64,000 bases of DNA from Propionibacteriaceae bacterium (lineage in GTDB: Bacteria; Actinomycetota; Actinomycetes; Propionibacteriales; Propionibacteriaceae), in assembly GCA_030532825.1 (NCBI GenBank), contig JAUNKK010000006.1, positions 6,938 through 70,937 on the forward strand. The letters run 5' to 3'. Shown piece by piece: positions 28,109-38,109 of the stretch. Positions within the stretch are counted from its first letter, which is position 1. Each line of letters opens with the position of its first letter. The translations under genes were made by a program, and so were the position numbers. The notes under the pieces were generated by a model. It was not told where the DNA came from. It did no database searches and was given only the letters and a program-made list of their open reading frames with translations.

Positions 28109-28794
28109 CAGCTAGCCGCCTTCGTCCTCATGCGCAGCAGCGCCGACCCGCCGCCAACCAGCACCGCGGCCAGGATCGGCAGGCCCGGCGGCAACACCGG
28201 CACCAGCGCAATCGTCATCACCGCCGCCACCACGGCCGTCGCGACGGCGTCACGCACCACGAGACGCGGCCACAGCAACGCGCAGAACGCCGCGATGGCA
28301 GCCCCGTCGAGCCCCCACACTTTCGGATCACCCAGGAAGTCACCCAGCAGCGCCCCGACCAGCGTCATGAGGTTCCACAGCGTGAACACGCCGACGCCGG
28401 TGGCGTAGAACCCGAGCCGCCGCAGCCGTTCGGTGGGCTGCGAGGCGGCCACCGCCGTCGGCTCGTCCGTGGTGAGGTGGGCCATGAGGAGACGTTCCGG
28501 CCCGCGCGGATGAAACCACGAGTTGATCTGAGCGCCGTAGACGGCGTTGCGCAGCCCCACCAGCCACGCCGCCCCGGCCGCCGACAGCCCACCGCCCGCA
28601 AGCGCCCCGACGAACGCGAACTGCGACCCGCCCGTGTACATGACGAGGCTCAGCATCATCGTCTGCCACAGGTTGAGCCCGGCCGCGACGGCAAGCGCCC
28701 CGAAGGAGACGCCGTAGGCGCCCGTCGCCACCGCTACCGACAGCGCGATCCGCCAGGTTGCCGCCGTCGCAGCCTTCTCCTGCTCAGGGGTCAC
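28108..28794 (-). CDS. azlC: AzlC-family branched-chain amino acid permease
   Basis: 228 aa polytopic protein ('LSLVMYTGGSQFAFVG'). Overlaps the tetR stop by 4 nt. Confidence 0.75.
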   Translation of the reverse strand: MTPEQEKAATAATWRIALSVAVATGAYGVSFGALAVAAGLNLWQTMMLSLVMYTGGSQFAFVGALAGGGLSAAGAAWLVGLRNAVYGAQINSWFHPRGPERLLMAHLTTDEPTAVAASQPTERLRRLGFYATGVGVFTLWNLMTLVGALLGDFLGDPKVWGLDGAAIAAFCALLWPRLVVRDAVATAVVAAVMTIALVPVLPPGLPILAAVLVGGGSALLRMRTKAAS

Positions 28795-29393
28795 GCGCGC
28801 TGACCCACGATGCCCGCGACGAGCCCACGGGCGGCCTTCTCGCCGACCTCAACCACCACATCGACGGGCATGCCTGAGTCCAGCTGCCGGAACCCGGCCT
28901 CCAGCAGGCCCCGGGTCAGGCCAGCGGCCGCCCGTAGCCGCTGGGGATCCGTCACGAGCTCGCCCCAGGCGTGGGCGACGGCGTCGCGCATCACCGTGTG
29001 CGCCCCGTCCATCACCCGGGCGGTGGCGGGCGATGGCGTGATGGAGCGGCTCAGTCCCATCAGCCAGCCGTGCCCGGTGCGGGCTGCCTGCTGCAGGTTG
29101 GCGCGGACCCACACGACGATCCGCTCGGCTGGGTCGTCGACCTCCTTCAGCTCGCGGGAGACCGCGTCGATCCAGGCGGGCAGGTGACGGGCCAGCACCA
29201 TGCCACGCAGGTCATCGACTGAGTCGACATACCGATAGATGCTGTTGCGGGCGATCCCGGCGGCAGCGGTGACCGCCCCGGCGGTGAGCTTCTCGGGCTC
29301 CCCGGAGCGCATGATTTCTTCGGCGGCATCAACCAGGCGGCGCTGCACCATCGCCCGGTGCTGCGCAACGGTGGGGGCTGCGATCTTGGGCAC
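28791..29393 (-). CDS. TetR-family transcriptional regulator
   Basis: N-terminal HTH 'LTAGAVTAAAGIARNSIYRYVDSVDDL', first gene of a tetR-azlC-azlD operon. Confidence 0.8.
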   Translation of the reverse strand: MPKIAAPTVAQHRAMVQRRLVDAAEEIMRSGEPEKLTAGAVTAAAGIARNSIYRYVDSVDDLRGMVLARHLPAWIDAVSRELKEVDDPAERIVVWVRANLQQAARTGHGWLMGLSRSITPSPATARVMDGAHTVMRDAVAHAWGELVTDPQRLRAAAGLTRGLLEAGFRQLDSGMPVDVVVEVGEKAARGLVAGIVGQRA

Positions 29394-29583
29394 TGCCGTC
29401 CTTCCTCTTAGTTAGCGACCTCATCCTATGACTATGTCGCCAACCTGCACTAGTGGCCGCGCCTCAACGGCCGCAACTCCACCACAGTCGACACCCTAGT
29501 TCAGTCGAACGGTCGCGGTTCACCCACCGCCGCGTTTGAATCTGGCCATAGACTGGCGGCTAGTCGGAAGCAAGAGGGGAAGC

Positions 29584-30516
29584 ATGACCGTCCACGAACT
29601 CATCATCATCGGCTCCGGGCCGGCTGGCTACACCGCCGCCATCTACGCGGCCCGCGCAGCCCTCAACCCCGTCGTCTTCGAGGGCGCACTGGATGGCGGT
29701 GGCGCGTTGATGAACACCACAGATGTCGAGAACTTCCCTGGGTTTCCCGACGGCATCATGGGCCCCGAGTTGATGGATCAGATGCGAGCCCAGGCCGAGA
29801 AGTTCGGGGCGCAGCTGATCACCGACGACGCGGAAGCCGTCGACCTGACCGGGGACGTCAAGAAGGTCACCGATGCCTCCGGCACCGTCTGGGAGGCGAA
29901 GGCCGTGATCCTGGCCATGGGGTCGGGTTATCGCAAGCTGGGCGTGCCCGGGGAGGAGCAGCTGTCCGGCCGTGGCGTGTCCTGGTGCGCCACCTGCGAC
30001 GGCGCGTTCTTCCGCGACAAGCCCATCGCGGTCATCGGCGGCGGCGACTCCGCCGTCGAGGAGGCCACGTTCCTGACCCGCTTCGGGTCTGAGGTCACGC
30101 TCGTGCATCGCCGCGACCAGCTGCGGGCGTCGAAGGCGATGGCAGAGCGCGCCGAGAAGGACCCTAAGCTCCACTTCGCCTGGAACTCGGTGGTTGAGAG
30201 CATCAACGGCGACACGAAGGTCGAGTCGCTGACCCTGCGCGACACCGTCACGGGTGAAACCCGTGCCCTGCCCGTCGCCGGGACGTTCGTCGCAATCGGC
30301 CACGACCCCCGCAACCAGCTCGTTCAAGGACAGGTGGACCTTGATGACGCCGGGTATGTGAAGGTGGTCGAGGGCTCGCAGGCCACGAACCTGCCGGGTG
30401 TGTTCGCGTGCGGTGATCTGGTGGACCACACCTACCGTCAGGCCATCACCGCCGCCGGCTCGGGATGCCGCGCAGCCCTCGACGCGGAACGCTGGCTGGC
30501 GAGTCAGGCGGGGTAA
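29584..30516 (+). CDS. trxB: Thioredoxin-disulfide reductase
   Basis: Start at '[25 protein letters not shown]' (FAD GxGxxG) with AGGGGAAG RBS. Redox-active 'CATCDG', NADPH site '[12 protein letters not shown]'. 310 aa. Confidence 0.9.
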   Translation: MTVHELIIIGSGPAGYTAAIYAARAALNPVVFEGALDGGGALMNTTDVENFPGFPDGIMGPELMDQMRAQAEKFGAQLITDDAEAVDLTGDVKKVTDASGTVWEAKAVILAMGSGYRKLGVPGEEQLSGRGVSWCATCDGAFFRDKPIAVIGGGDSAVEEATFLTRFGSEVTLVHRRDQLRASKAMAERAEKDPKLHFAWNSVVESINGDTKVESLTLRDTVTGETRALPVAGTFVAIGHDPRNQLVQGQVDLDDAGYVKVVEGSQATNLPGVFACGDLVDHTYRQAITAAGSGCRAALDAERWLASQAG

Positions 30517-30560
30517 CCCGGCTAGACTCGCTCAGATACGTCGTTAAGGAGAGACAGAAG

Positions 30561-30881
30561 ATGGCTGTGAAGGACGTGACCGAGGCGACATTCGCCGACG
30601 AGGTCCTGCTGGCGCCGGGTCTAGTCGTGGTGGATTACTGGGCCGGCTGGTGCTCGCCGTGCAAACAACTGGCACCGATCATCGACGAACTGGCTCAAGA
30701 ATACGAGGGCCAGGTGAAGTTCGTGAAGGTCGACACCTCCGCCCAGGCCGGTCTGGCAGCTGAGCAGGGCATTCTCTCCCTGCCGACCCTCCAGTTCTAC
30801 AAGGCCGGTCAGGTGGAGAGACAGCTCGGGGGCGGCAAGTCGAAGAACGCCCTCAAGAAGGTCCTCGACGAGCTGATCTGA
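30561..30881 (+). CDS. trxA: Thioredoxin
   Basis: 106 aa with 'VVDYWAGWCSPCKQLAPI' (WCxPC active site). Start at MAVKDV with GGAGAGA RBS. Confidence 0.9.
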   Translation: MAVKDVTEATFADEVLLAPGLVVVDYWAGWCSPCKQLAPIIDELAQEYEGQVKFVKVDTSAQAGLAAEQGILSLPTLQFYKAGQVERQLGGGKSKNALKKVLDELI

Positions 30882-31909
30882 TGGCTGCCGACCAGCCGCG
30901 CCGCGAGGAACCGAGGGCCCGACGCAGTGCAACCAGCCCCGTCTCGCCCCCCGAGGCAGCGCGGCCCGTACCCCGTCGCACGGCCGGGAGCGTCCCAACA
31001 CCACCCAAGGTGCCCCGGCCACGCCGGACGGCCAGCAGTCCCGTGAGTCCCCCGGCGGCGCTCACGGAAACCACCACCATCCCCAAAATCGACGACGCCA
31101 CCACGTCGATTCCGCGGATCGACGAGACAACCACGATCCCCAAAATCACCGCTAGCCTCCTCAAGTCGCGCATGGAGGGCAAAACCGGCAAGCAAAACGA
31201 AGCAAAAACCGGTAAGAGTAAGAAGTCCGAGACTCGCCCCACGTCCAAGGAGTCCCAGAGCAAGCCGACGCCCGACCCCGCCGACGACGATACTCCCGCG
31301 GCCGAAGGCAAGCCCGCGGCTAGTTCCCGGCGCAAAGGTCGGGCTAGGCCCCGTCGCTCCGCCGACTCGCCGAACGAGCCCGAGTGGCGCAAAGTCGACA
31401 CGGAAGAAGACGACGAGCCCGACGATAAACCGCCCCTACCGCTGGCGGTGAAGATCGGCGGAATCCTGCTCATCGGGGTCGTCCTCGTGGTGGCCGGATG
31501 GCTTGGGCTGTCGATCGGCGGCAGCGGCCCCCCGGATCATTCCAACCTGTGGGCCGTCAAACCCCCCATCCAGATCGGGGATTTCGTCGCCAAGGACGTC
31601 AAAGACACCTCACCGGCCGACCGCTCCCGGTCAGTCAGCACCGCCAACTATTCCGACGGCACCAGCAAGTTCGTGCTGGTGGTCTCCCGCTACGAGGTCA
31701 GCATGCCCGGCATCGTCGAGAACACCGGCCTCGCCAATCCCGTGAAGGTCGGCAACGCGACTTGCGGCACCACCGTCGACACCAACCTCCCGGCCTGCGT
31801 GCGGATCGTCGACTTCACCGGCGTTCTTGTCGCCGGGTTGTCCGGTCAGGACCCCGAGACCCTCGTCACCACCCTCGATAGCGTCACCACCGCACTCACC
31901 GGTAGTTGA
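30881..31909 (+). CDS. Hypothetical Pro-rich, membrane-anchored protein with short tandem peptide repeats
   Basis: Basic and Pro-rich N-terminal 180 aa with 'TTTIPKIDDATTSIPRIDETTTIPKIT' repeats. Single TM 'IGGILLIGVVLVVAGWLGLSIGG', then a ~140-aa C-terminal extracytoplasmic domain. Confidence 0.5.
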   Translation: MAADQPRREEPRARRSATSPVSPPEAARPVPRRTAGSVPTPPKVPRPRRTASSPVSPPAALTETTTIPKIDDATTSIPRIDETTTIPKITASLLKSRMEGKTGKQNEAKTGKSKKSETRPTSKESQSKPTPDPADDDTPAAEGKPAASSRRKGRARPRRSADSPNEPEWRKVDTEEDDEPDDKPPLPLAVKIGGILLIGVVLVVAGWLGLSIGGSGPPDHSNLWAVKPPIQIGDFVAKDVKDTSPADRSRSVSTANYSDGTSKFVLVVSRYEVSMPGIVENTGLANPVKVGNATCGTTVDTNLPACVRIVDFTGVLVAGLSGQDPETLVTTLDSVTTALTGS

Positions 31910-31951
31910 GATCCCGCCCCGCGAAGGCCCCGGACGGCTAACGTTGTTCGG

Positions 31952-33244
31952 GTGAGCCGACACGACACCCGACTCGACCCCTTCGTCGAACACTATTCAG
32001 CCCGCACCCAGGGTCTGAAAGTCTCGGCCGTGCGGGCACTGTTCGCCGTGGCCAACCGCCCCGAGATCGTGTCGCTGGCCGGCGGGATGCCGAACATCCA
32101 GGACCTGCCGCTCGACGCCATCGGCGACCACCTGGCCCGGCTCGTGAAGGAGCACGGCACCCGGGTCATGCAATACGGCTCCGGGCAGGGCGAGCTCACC
32201 ATCCGCGAGCACATCTGCGCGGTCATGGCGGAGGAGGGCATCGTCGCCGACCCGGACGATGTCACCGTCACCGCCGGTTCGCAGCAGGGCCTTGATCTTG
32301 TGACCCGCGTCTTTTGCGACCCGGGGGACGTGATCCTGGCGGAGTCACCGTCGTATGTCGGGGCGCTCGGCACGTTCCACAGCTACCAGGTAGAGGTCGT
32401 TCACGTGCCCTGCGACGAGCAGGGCATCAACCCAGAGGGGTTGCGGGAGACGATCGCGCGGCTGCGCGCAGACAGAAAGCGGTTGAAGTTCCTCTACACC
32501 ATCCCGAACTACAACAACCCCTCGGGCGTCACCCAGCCCCTGGAGCGACGTCACGCCATCCTGGACGCGTGCCGCGCAGCCGGGGTGCTGGTCGTCGAGG
32601 ACAACCCGTACGGGCTGTTGTCGTTGGACGCCGAGCCGCTCCCGGCGATGCGTTCCGTCAGCGACGACGTCATCTACCTGGGCTCGTTCTCGAAGACGTT
32701 CGCGCCCGGGTTCCGCGTCGGCTGGGTGTGCGCGCCACACGCCGTCAAGGAGCGCCTGGTGCTGGCCCAGGAGTCGGCGACGCTATGCCCGCCCGTGTTC
32801 TCGCAGTTCGCCGTCGCCAACTACCTGGAACACATCGACTGGCGCGGCCAGATCGGGGTCTTCCGCGACATGTACCGGGCGCGACGCGACGCCATGCTGG
32901 CAGCCCTGGATCGCGAGATGCCGGCGGGATGCACCTGGACGCATCCGGCGGGAGGGTTCTTCGTGTGGGTGACGCTGCCGGAGGGCATTGACGCCTCGGC
33001 GATGCTGCCGCGGGGCGTGAGCGCCCGCGTTGCTTTCGTGCCGGGGGCGGCTTTCTTCGCCGACGGGCAGGGCGCCAGGAATGTGCGCCTGTCCTATTGC
33101 TTCCCGACGCCCGAGCGAATCATCACGGGGGTGGAACGGTTCGCGGAGGTCGTCCACGGGGAGCTAGACATGCTACAGACCTTCGGGATGCACGCCCCCA
33201 CGGATCGCCGTCGCACCCTCGGCCCCGGGCCCAACGTCAACTAG
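31952..33244 (+). CDS. PLP-dependent aminotransferase (class I/II fold)
   Basis: 430 aa aminotransferase class-I/II core ('SFSKTFAPGFRVGW' has the PLP-Lys context). No N-terminal HTH. Confidence 0.7.
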   Translation: MSRHDTRLDPFVEHYSARTQGLKVSAVRALFAVANRPEIVSLAGGMPNIQDLPLDAIGDHLARLVKEHGTRVMQYGSGQGELTIREHICAVMAEEGIVADPDDVTVTAGSQQGLDLVTRVFCDPGDVILAESPSYVGALGTFHSYQVEVVHVPCDEQGINPEGLRETIARLRADRKRLKFLYTIPNYNNPSGVTQPLERRHAILDACRAAGVLVVEDNPYGLLSLDAEPLPAMRSVSDDVIYLGSFSKTFAPGFRVGWVCAPHAVKERLVLAQESATLCPPVFSQFAVANYLEHIDWRGQIGVFRDMYRARRDAMLAALDREMPAGCTWTHPAGGFFVWVTLPEGIDASAMLPRGVSARVAFVPGAAFFADGQGARNVRLSYCFPTPERIITGVERFAEVVHGELDMLQTFGMHAPTDRRRTLGPGPNVN

Positions 33245-33252
33245 GAGAAACC

Positions 33253-34191
33253 ATGACTGTGTTTGTGATCGCCGGGGGGCTCAGCCACGAGCGGGACGTG
33301 TCGCTGCGATCCGGGCGCCGCGTGGCACACGCCCTGCGGGACTGCGGGCTCACTGTCCGGGAGGTCGACGTCAACGCGGACCTAGTCCAGGAGCTGCAAG
33401 CCGACGCTGACCCCGTCGCGGTGCCCGTGCTGCACGGGGGACTCGGCGAGGACGGGGCGCTGCGCGAAGTGTTATGGACGCTGGGGGTGCCTTTCGTAGG
33501 CAGCGACGGGGCCAGCTCACGCCGCACCTTCGACAAGTCGATCGCCACCCAGCTAGCGGCAGCGGCCGGGCTGGCCGTGCCGCAGCATGTCGCGCTACCC
33601 GACGACATCTTCCGTGAGCTCGGCGCTCAAGCCGTCATGGCCACGATCGGGCAGCGGCTCGGGTTTCCGCTCATGGTCAAACCCGCCCGGTCCGGCTCGG
33701 CGCTGGGGGCGGTGAAGGTCACGGAGCCCGAGGAGTTGCCGGGCGCGCTGGTCGGGGCGTTCGCCTACGGAAAGATGGCAGTGATTGAGGAGTTCATCGA
33801 CGGCGTCGAGCTGGCGGTGACCGTCATCGACGGGGAGGGCGGGCCGGGCGCGCTGCCGCCCGTCGAGATCCACCCGGCGTCTGGCGTCTACGACTATGAG
33901 GCCCGTTATACGGCCGGGACGACGCGGTTCGTCGTGCCACCCGAGCTGCCGGAGGCCGAGCTGGCCGCTGCCCAGGAACTGGCCGTCGCCGCCCACCAGA
34001 CGCTGGGGCAGCGCGACATCTCCCGCACCGACATGATCGTCCGCGACGGCGTACCGGTGTTCTTGGAGAGCAACGTCGCCCCGGGGCTGACGGAGACGTC
34101 GCTGGCACCGCTGGCCATTGCAGCCGCGGACCTTGAGCTGGGCCAGGTCTACGCCGAGCTCATCGAACGCGCCCGGCGTCGCGGCCACTGA
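33253..34191 (+). CDS. ddl: D-alanine--D-alanine ligase
   Basis: Start at 'MTVFVIAGGLSHERDVSLRSG' (Ddl N-domain) with GGAGAAA RBS. ATP-grasp motifs. 312 aa. Confidence 0.85.
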   Translation: MTVFVIAGGLSHERDVSLRSGRRVAHALRDCGLTVREVDVNADLVQELQADADPVAVPVLHGGLGEDGALREVLWTLGVPFVGSDGASSRRTFDKSIATQLAAAAGLAVPQHVALPDDIFRELGAQAVMATIGQRLGFPLMVKPARSGSALGAVKVTEPEELPGALVGAFAYGKMAVIEEFIDGVELAVTVIDGEGGPGALPPVEIHPASGVYDYEARYTAGTTRFVVPPELPEAELAAAQELAVAAHQTLGQRDISRTDMIVRDGVPVFLESNVAPGLTETSLAPLAIAAADLELGQVYAELIERARRRGH

Positions 34192-34309
34192 CCCCAAGGC
34201 CATCCATTTTCACTTCAGGACGCCGTTGCCGGGGTTGAAATTACCAGACCCGACGTAAAGTCTAGTGCGAAGCCGGAGATGTCGGCACCCATCGACCCGA
34301 AGGAGTCCC

Positions 34310-35698
34310 ATGACCACCGAACTCACCGTCGATCTGCTCGTCATTGGGTGGGGCAAGGGTGGCAAGACCCTGGCCCGGAAGCTAGCGCTGGCAGGCAGGA
34401 GCGTGGCCGTGGTTGAGCGCGATCCGGAGATGATCGGCGGCACCTGCATCAATATCGCCTGCGTCCCCACGAAGGCCCTGGTGCACGACGCCGAGCAGGT
34501 GCGGCCCGGAGACGACGGCGCGGCCGCGTGGCAGCGGGCCGTGGCGCGTCGCGGGACGCTCACGGGGGCGATGCGCGCCAAGAACGCGGAGCTAATCGAG
34601 ACGATCCCATCCGCGATGGTGGTCCTGGGCGAGGCCCGATTCGTTGGCCCACGGCAGGTGCGTGTTGCGGCTGCCAACGGGGAGGTCACGATCACGGCCG
34701 AAACCATCATCATCAACACCGGCTCCATCCCGGTGCTGCCGCCGATCCCAGGCGCACAATGGGGTGGCCGTATCCACAACTCCACCACCATCCAGCAGCT
34801 CACCAACCGGCCCGGGCGCCTGGCGGTGGTGGGGGCGGGGCCGATCGGGCTGGAGTTCGCCTCCATCTTCGGGCAGTTCGGGTCCGCGGTGACCCTGCTG
34901 AACCGTGGGGCGCAGATCCTGCCCGGCGAGGACGAGGACGTGGCGGCCGCCGCCGTCGGGTCCCTGACCGATGCCGGGGTGCGGCTGCTCAACGAGGCCG
35001 AGACAGTGGGGCTTGAGGATGGCGCCGATCACGTCGTGGTCTCGTGGCGGGACGGCGACGGCACCCACGCGGAGGAGTTCGACGCTGTGCTGCTGGCGAC
35101 CGGACGCACCGCGGCCACCGCATCGCTCGGGCTGGAAGCGGCGGGCATCGAGACCGATCCGCGGGGCTTCGTCGTCGTGGACGAGCAGCTGCGCACGAGC
35201 GTCGAGGGGGTCTACGCCGTCGGTGATGTCAACGGCGGGCCTCAGCAGACCTACATCTCCCTGGATGACTTCCGGATCGTCGTGGATCAGCTAGCGGGTG
35301 GGCAACGGTCGACGGCGGACCGGCAGGCCGTGCCAAACGTCATCTACACGACACCGCCCATCGCGCGCGTCGGCGTCAATGAGCGGCAGGCCCGGACGCT
35401 GCCGGGTGCGGTCGGCGTGGCGGCCAAGCCCGTCGCGGCCATCGCGATGATGCCCCGGCCGAAGATCGACGGCGACGCCCGCGGGCTCGTCCGCTTCGTC
35501 GTGGACTTGGACACCGATCAGATCCTGGGGGCGACGCTGATGCATCACGCAGCCGACGAGATCATCAACCTGGTGGCCATGGCCATGCGCCATGGCATCC
35601 CGGCTTCCGCGCTGCACAGCGCCATCTACACCCACCCGTCGGCCACCGAGGCCCTCAACGAGGTGCTCGGGGAGCTCCGGCCGCTGGCGACGGGGTAA
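34310..35698 (+). CDS. FAD-dependent pyridine nucleotide-disulfide oxidoreductase (mycothione/glutathione-reductase or dihydrolipoamide-dehydrogenase-like)
   Basis: 'LLVIGWGKGG' FAD GxGxxG. Redox-active disulfide 'GGTCINIACVPTK'. Second Rossmann 'LAVVGAGPIGLEFA'. C-terminal dimerisation His region 'HHAADE'. Start at MTTELTV with AAGGAG RBS. Confidence 0.8.
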   Translation: MTTELTVDLLVIGWGKGGKTLARKLALAGRSVAVVERDPEMIGGTCINIACVPTKALVHDAEQVRPGDDGAAAWQRAVARRGTLTGAMRAKNAELIETIPSAMVVLGEARFVGPRQVRVAAANGEVTITAETIIINTGSIPVLPPIPGAQWGGRIHNSTTIQQLTNRPGRLAVVGAGPIGLEFASIFGQFGSAVTLLNRGAQILPGEDEDVAAAAVGSLTDAGVRLLNEAETVGLEDGADHVVVSWRDGDGTHAEEFDAVLLATGRTAATASLGLEAAGIETDPRGFVVVDEQLRTSVEGVYAVGDVNGGPQQTYISLDDFRIVVDQLAGGQRSTADRQAVPNVIYTTPPIARVGVNERQARTLPGAVGVAAKPVAAIAMMPRPKIDGDARGLVRFVVDLDTDQILGATLMHHAADEIINLVAMAMRHGIPASALHSAIYTHPSATEALNEVLGELRPLATG

Positions 35699-35745
35699 GT
35701 GCGTGGTGGGCGGCTGAGCGACCGGCCCCGGGGTGCGCGCGCCAC

Positions 35746-36453
35746 CTACGGAAAGACCTCCCCGGAGCCAGGCAACGGCAAGTCGGGATCGATGACGAAC
35801 ACCTCTAGGTCGGCGGCGGTGAGCTCGACGAGCAGCGCCTCGGGGCCGCTGATATAGAGCGAGTCGTGGTAGGCGGGGCAGGCCATGACCACACTGAGCG
35901 AGTCCGAGCAGGCGATCAGCGGGTAGTGCGAATGCCCTGGCGGGTTTCCGTCGGGTTCGCGCAGCCACGCAGGAGGCTCGTAACGCAACACCACGCTATC
36001 GCTCAGACTCCCCGATGCCGTGAAAGCGAGGTCCGCCACCACATGCCGCGGTAGGGTGCGCAGCAGCGGCGGTGCCGCATCAAACCCTAGTGAAGCTGGG
36101 TCGTCGGCTGTGGTGGCGTACCCTTTCCACGCGGCCCACCAGCACTGCTCATCGGACTCTAAGATGCGCGTCAGCGCACCCGCCAAGGCGGTGTTCAGCA
36201 GCCCCGTCATTTGCGCGAACGGAGGGGCGTAGTCCATCGTCGGGCGTTTCCCGAGGGTCACACAGACTTGCAGCCAGGAAACGGTTGCTGACAGTTGGTC
36301 GCGCGGAATGAAGTGCGACCAGGTCACGTCTTCGCCGTCGCGCTGCATGGGCAGGAGAACCCGAGCGACTAGCTCATGCTCGCCGTTGACCAGGTCACCG
36401 ACGCGGCAGGTATACGGGTGGGAATGCAGCCCTTGCGTCTGTCGGTCATTCAT
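35746..36453 (-). CDS. Hypothetical cytoplasmic protein (last gene of a 3-gene coupled cassette)
   Basis: 235 aa with no signal peptide. The start overlaps the upstream lipoprotein stop by 4 nt. Confidence 0.5.
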   Translation of the reverse strand: MNDRQTQGLHSHPYTCRVGDLVNGEHELVARVLLPMQRDGEDVTWSHFIPRDQLSATVSWLQVCVTLGKRPTMDYAPPFAQMTGLLNTALAGALTRILESDEQCWWAAWKGYATTADDPASLGFDAAPPLLRTLPRHVVADLAFTASGSLSDSVVLRYEPPAWLREPDGNPPGHSHYPLIACSDSLSVVMACPAYHDSLYISGPEALLVELTAADLEVFVIDPDLPLPGSGEVFP

Positions 36454-37034
36454 GCGTAGAGACCATAGGTGACTTGTTCCAAGTCCATCGCAGGAATGTT
36501 GTAGAAGACTTCCACGGTCACGAAGAGAGTGCGTACATCAAGATCCGCGACGATGGTGACCTCAGATTCGCCGACAGTCGTCGTGCAAGAACTACCGGAT
36601 TGTTGTCCACCATCTTCGGATTTCGAACACGCCTGCGCTGCTATCTCATCGGAAAGGAGCCCGTCATCATCAAAACTAGTGAAGCTACGGACTACGACCA
36701 TTTCTGGCCTCACCCCCGAATTGACGCCCAAGACAAGTTGCGATGGCGTCGTTAGCTTTGGGAGTCCTTCAGGCATCCCTGTGGGGTTGGTCTCAACAAA
36801 TTCACTGTCAGGTTCACGCCATATTGATGATAGAGGCTGCAGTGTCACACCCTCAACTATGGCTGTTGGCGGCTGGGCTGGCGGCTCCTCCACCTGAGAC
36901 AACGGAGCATCGTAAGATGACTCTTCCGGTGAGATAGTCTCTTGGGTGTCCTGTCGGTTGTTGGCACAGGCAACCAGGCCAACAACCGGCAGGATCAACA
37001 GCCAAGCCGAGAATGCGCGAACGATGCTCAGCAA
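36450..37034 (-). CDS. Hypothetical lipoprotein
   Basis: Signal peptide plus lipobox 'VVGLVAC'. Acidic mature part. GC is ~52%. The start overlaps the upstream stop by 7 nt. Confidence 0.55.
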   Translation of the reverse strand: MLSIVRAFSAWLLILPVVGLVACANNRQDTQETISPEESSYDAPLSQVEEPPAQPPTAIVEGVTLQPLSSIWREPDSEFVETNPTGMPEGLPKLTTPSQLVLGVNSGVRPEMVVVRSFTSFDDDGLLSDEIAAQACSKSEDGGQQSGSSCTTTVGESEVTIVADLDVRTLFVTVEVFYNIPAMDLEQVTYGLYA

Positions 37035-37606
37035 GAGAACTGACTCACACCTGGGATCTGCCAGTTCCGGCTAGTGGCCCGATAGATTTTGCCACCTTCA
37101 CGGGAGGCGTGTGCGGAAAAGCCACGATACTTGCCATCCTCCACGCCCTGGCATACCCAATGCGGCGTAGCGTCATAGGATGTCGCCTTGTTGCTCCTCG
37201 CCGAGGAATCAATCTTGAGCGGCTGTGGGCCGAACCATCTGTCCCGATAGAGTGCGGTTACCACCTCTACCCGCGACACCGCCTGGTTGCACTTCGTGCG
37301 TCCGTGTACCGACGCGTGGATTCCGCTCTTGTGTGGGTAGTCCGTCGATCCCTGGCACCCTGCGGGTGAGACCAAGACTGCTTCATCTCGACTTGAGGAA
37401 TCAACTGCCGCAGCAGCTGGAACTGGTGTGTCAGTCGACAAGGAGTCTTCAGTGATCGTGGCTGGGCTCAAGAGGGACAGGCCGTCGTCCTCTGAGTCAT
37501 CGGCTGTTGCTGCGGTCGGCGAGATGAGGCCGACTGTGAGCACCATTGCACCGAACGCGCTTGCCAGGACCTTGCGGGTGTTTGGGAACAACCTTGTGAC
37601 GTTCAT
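37028..37606 (-). CDS. Hypothetical secreted Cys-containing protein
   Basis: Sec signal 'MNVTRLFPNTRKVLASAFGAMVLTVGLISPTAATA'. The mature ~155 aa has 4 Cys. It is preceded by an AT-rich promoter region (37607-37800). Confidence 0.55.
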   Translation of the reverse strand: MNVTRLFPNTRKVLASAFGAMVLTVGLISPTAATADDSEDDGLSLLSPATITEDSLSTDTPVPAAAAVDSSSRDEAVLVSPAGCQGSTDYPHKSGIHASVHGRTKCNQAVSRVEVVTALYRDRWFGPQPLKIDSSARSNKATSYDATPHWVCQGVEDGKYRGFSAHASREGGKIYRATSRNWQIPGVSQFSC

Positions 37607-38109
37607 ACGTACCTCCTCTACATGCGATAGATATTACCTACGGTACATGTCAAGTAAAGTTTATGTAACCCTCTGATTCGTCTCAGTTTAAACCCCGGCC
37701 GGAAAGAACCCAGTACCTCACGAACACCTATTGGGTGCGTAGGGCAGTCTTCAGGCAGCGGGTAGGCAGCATATTCCGGTGGGGCGCTCATCCTTGCCAC
37801 CAAAGTCGCCTCGGTTGCAAGGCCCCAGAGCTTGGACCAGCATTACTCGGAACTTGCCTCCAGCCATCGGGCTCGCGCCATGCAGAGGACCACTCCGCCC
37901 GGTTCCGACATTGACTGGGGGTCAACTCCGCACTGCGGGTCGTAGCCCCTGGAGCGAAATCCTGCATTCATTCATGGCGACGAGTGCTGCAGCGAGTTCC
38001 CTAGTCGGCACATTAGTCAACACCCAGCGAAGCACGCGGGTAGCACCGCGAGGGAGCGCGAGGCGGTGCCACACGGACGGAGCAAGTTTGCTGTTTTGTC
38101 GATAAATCT

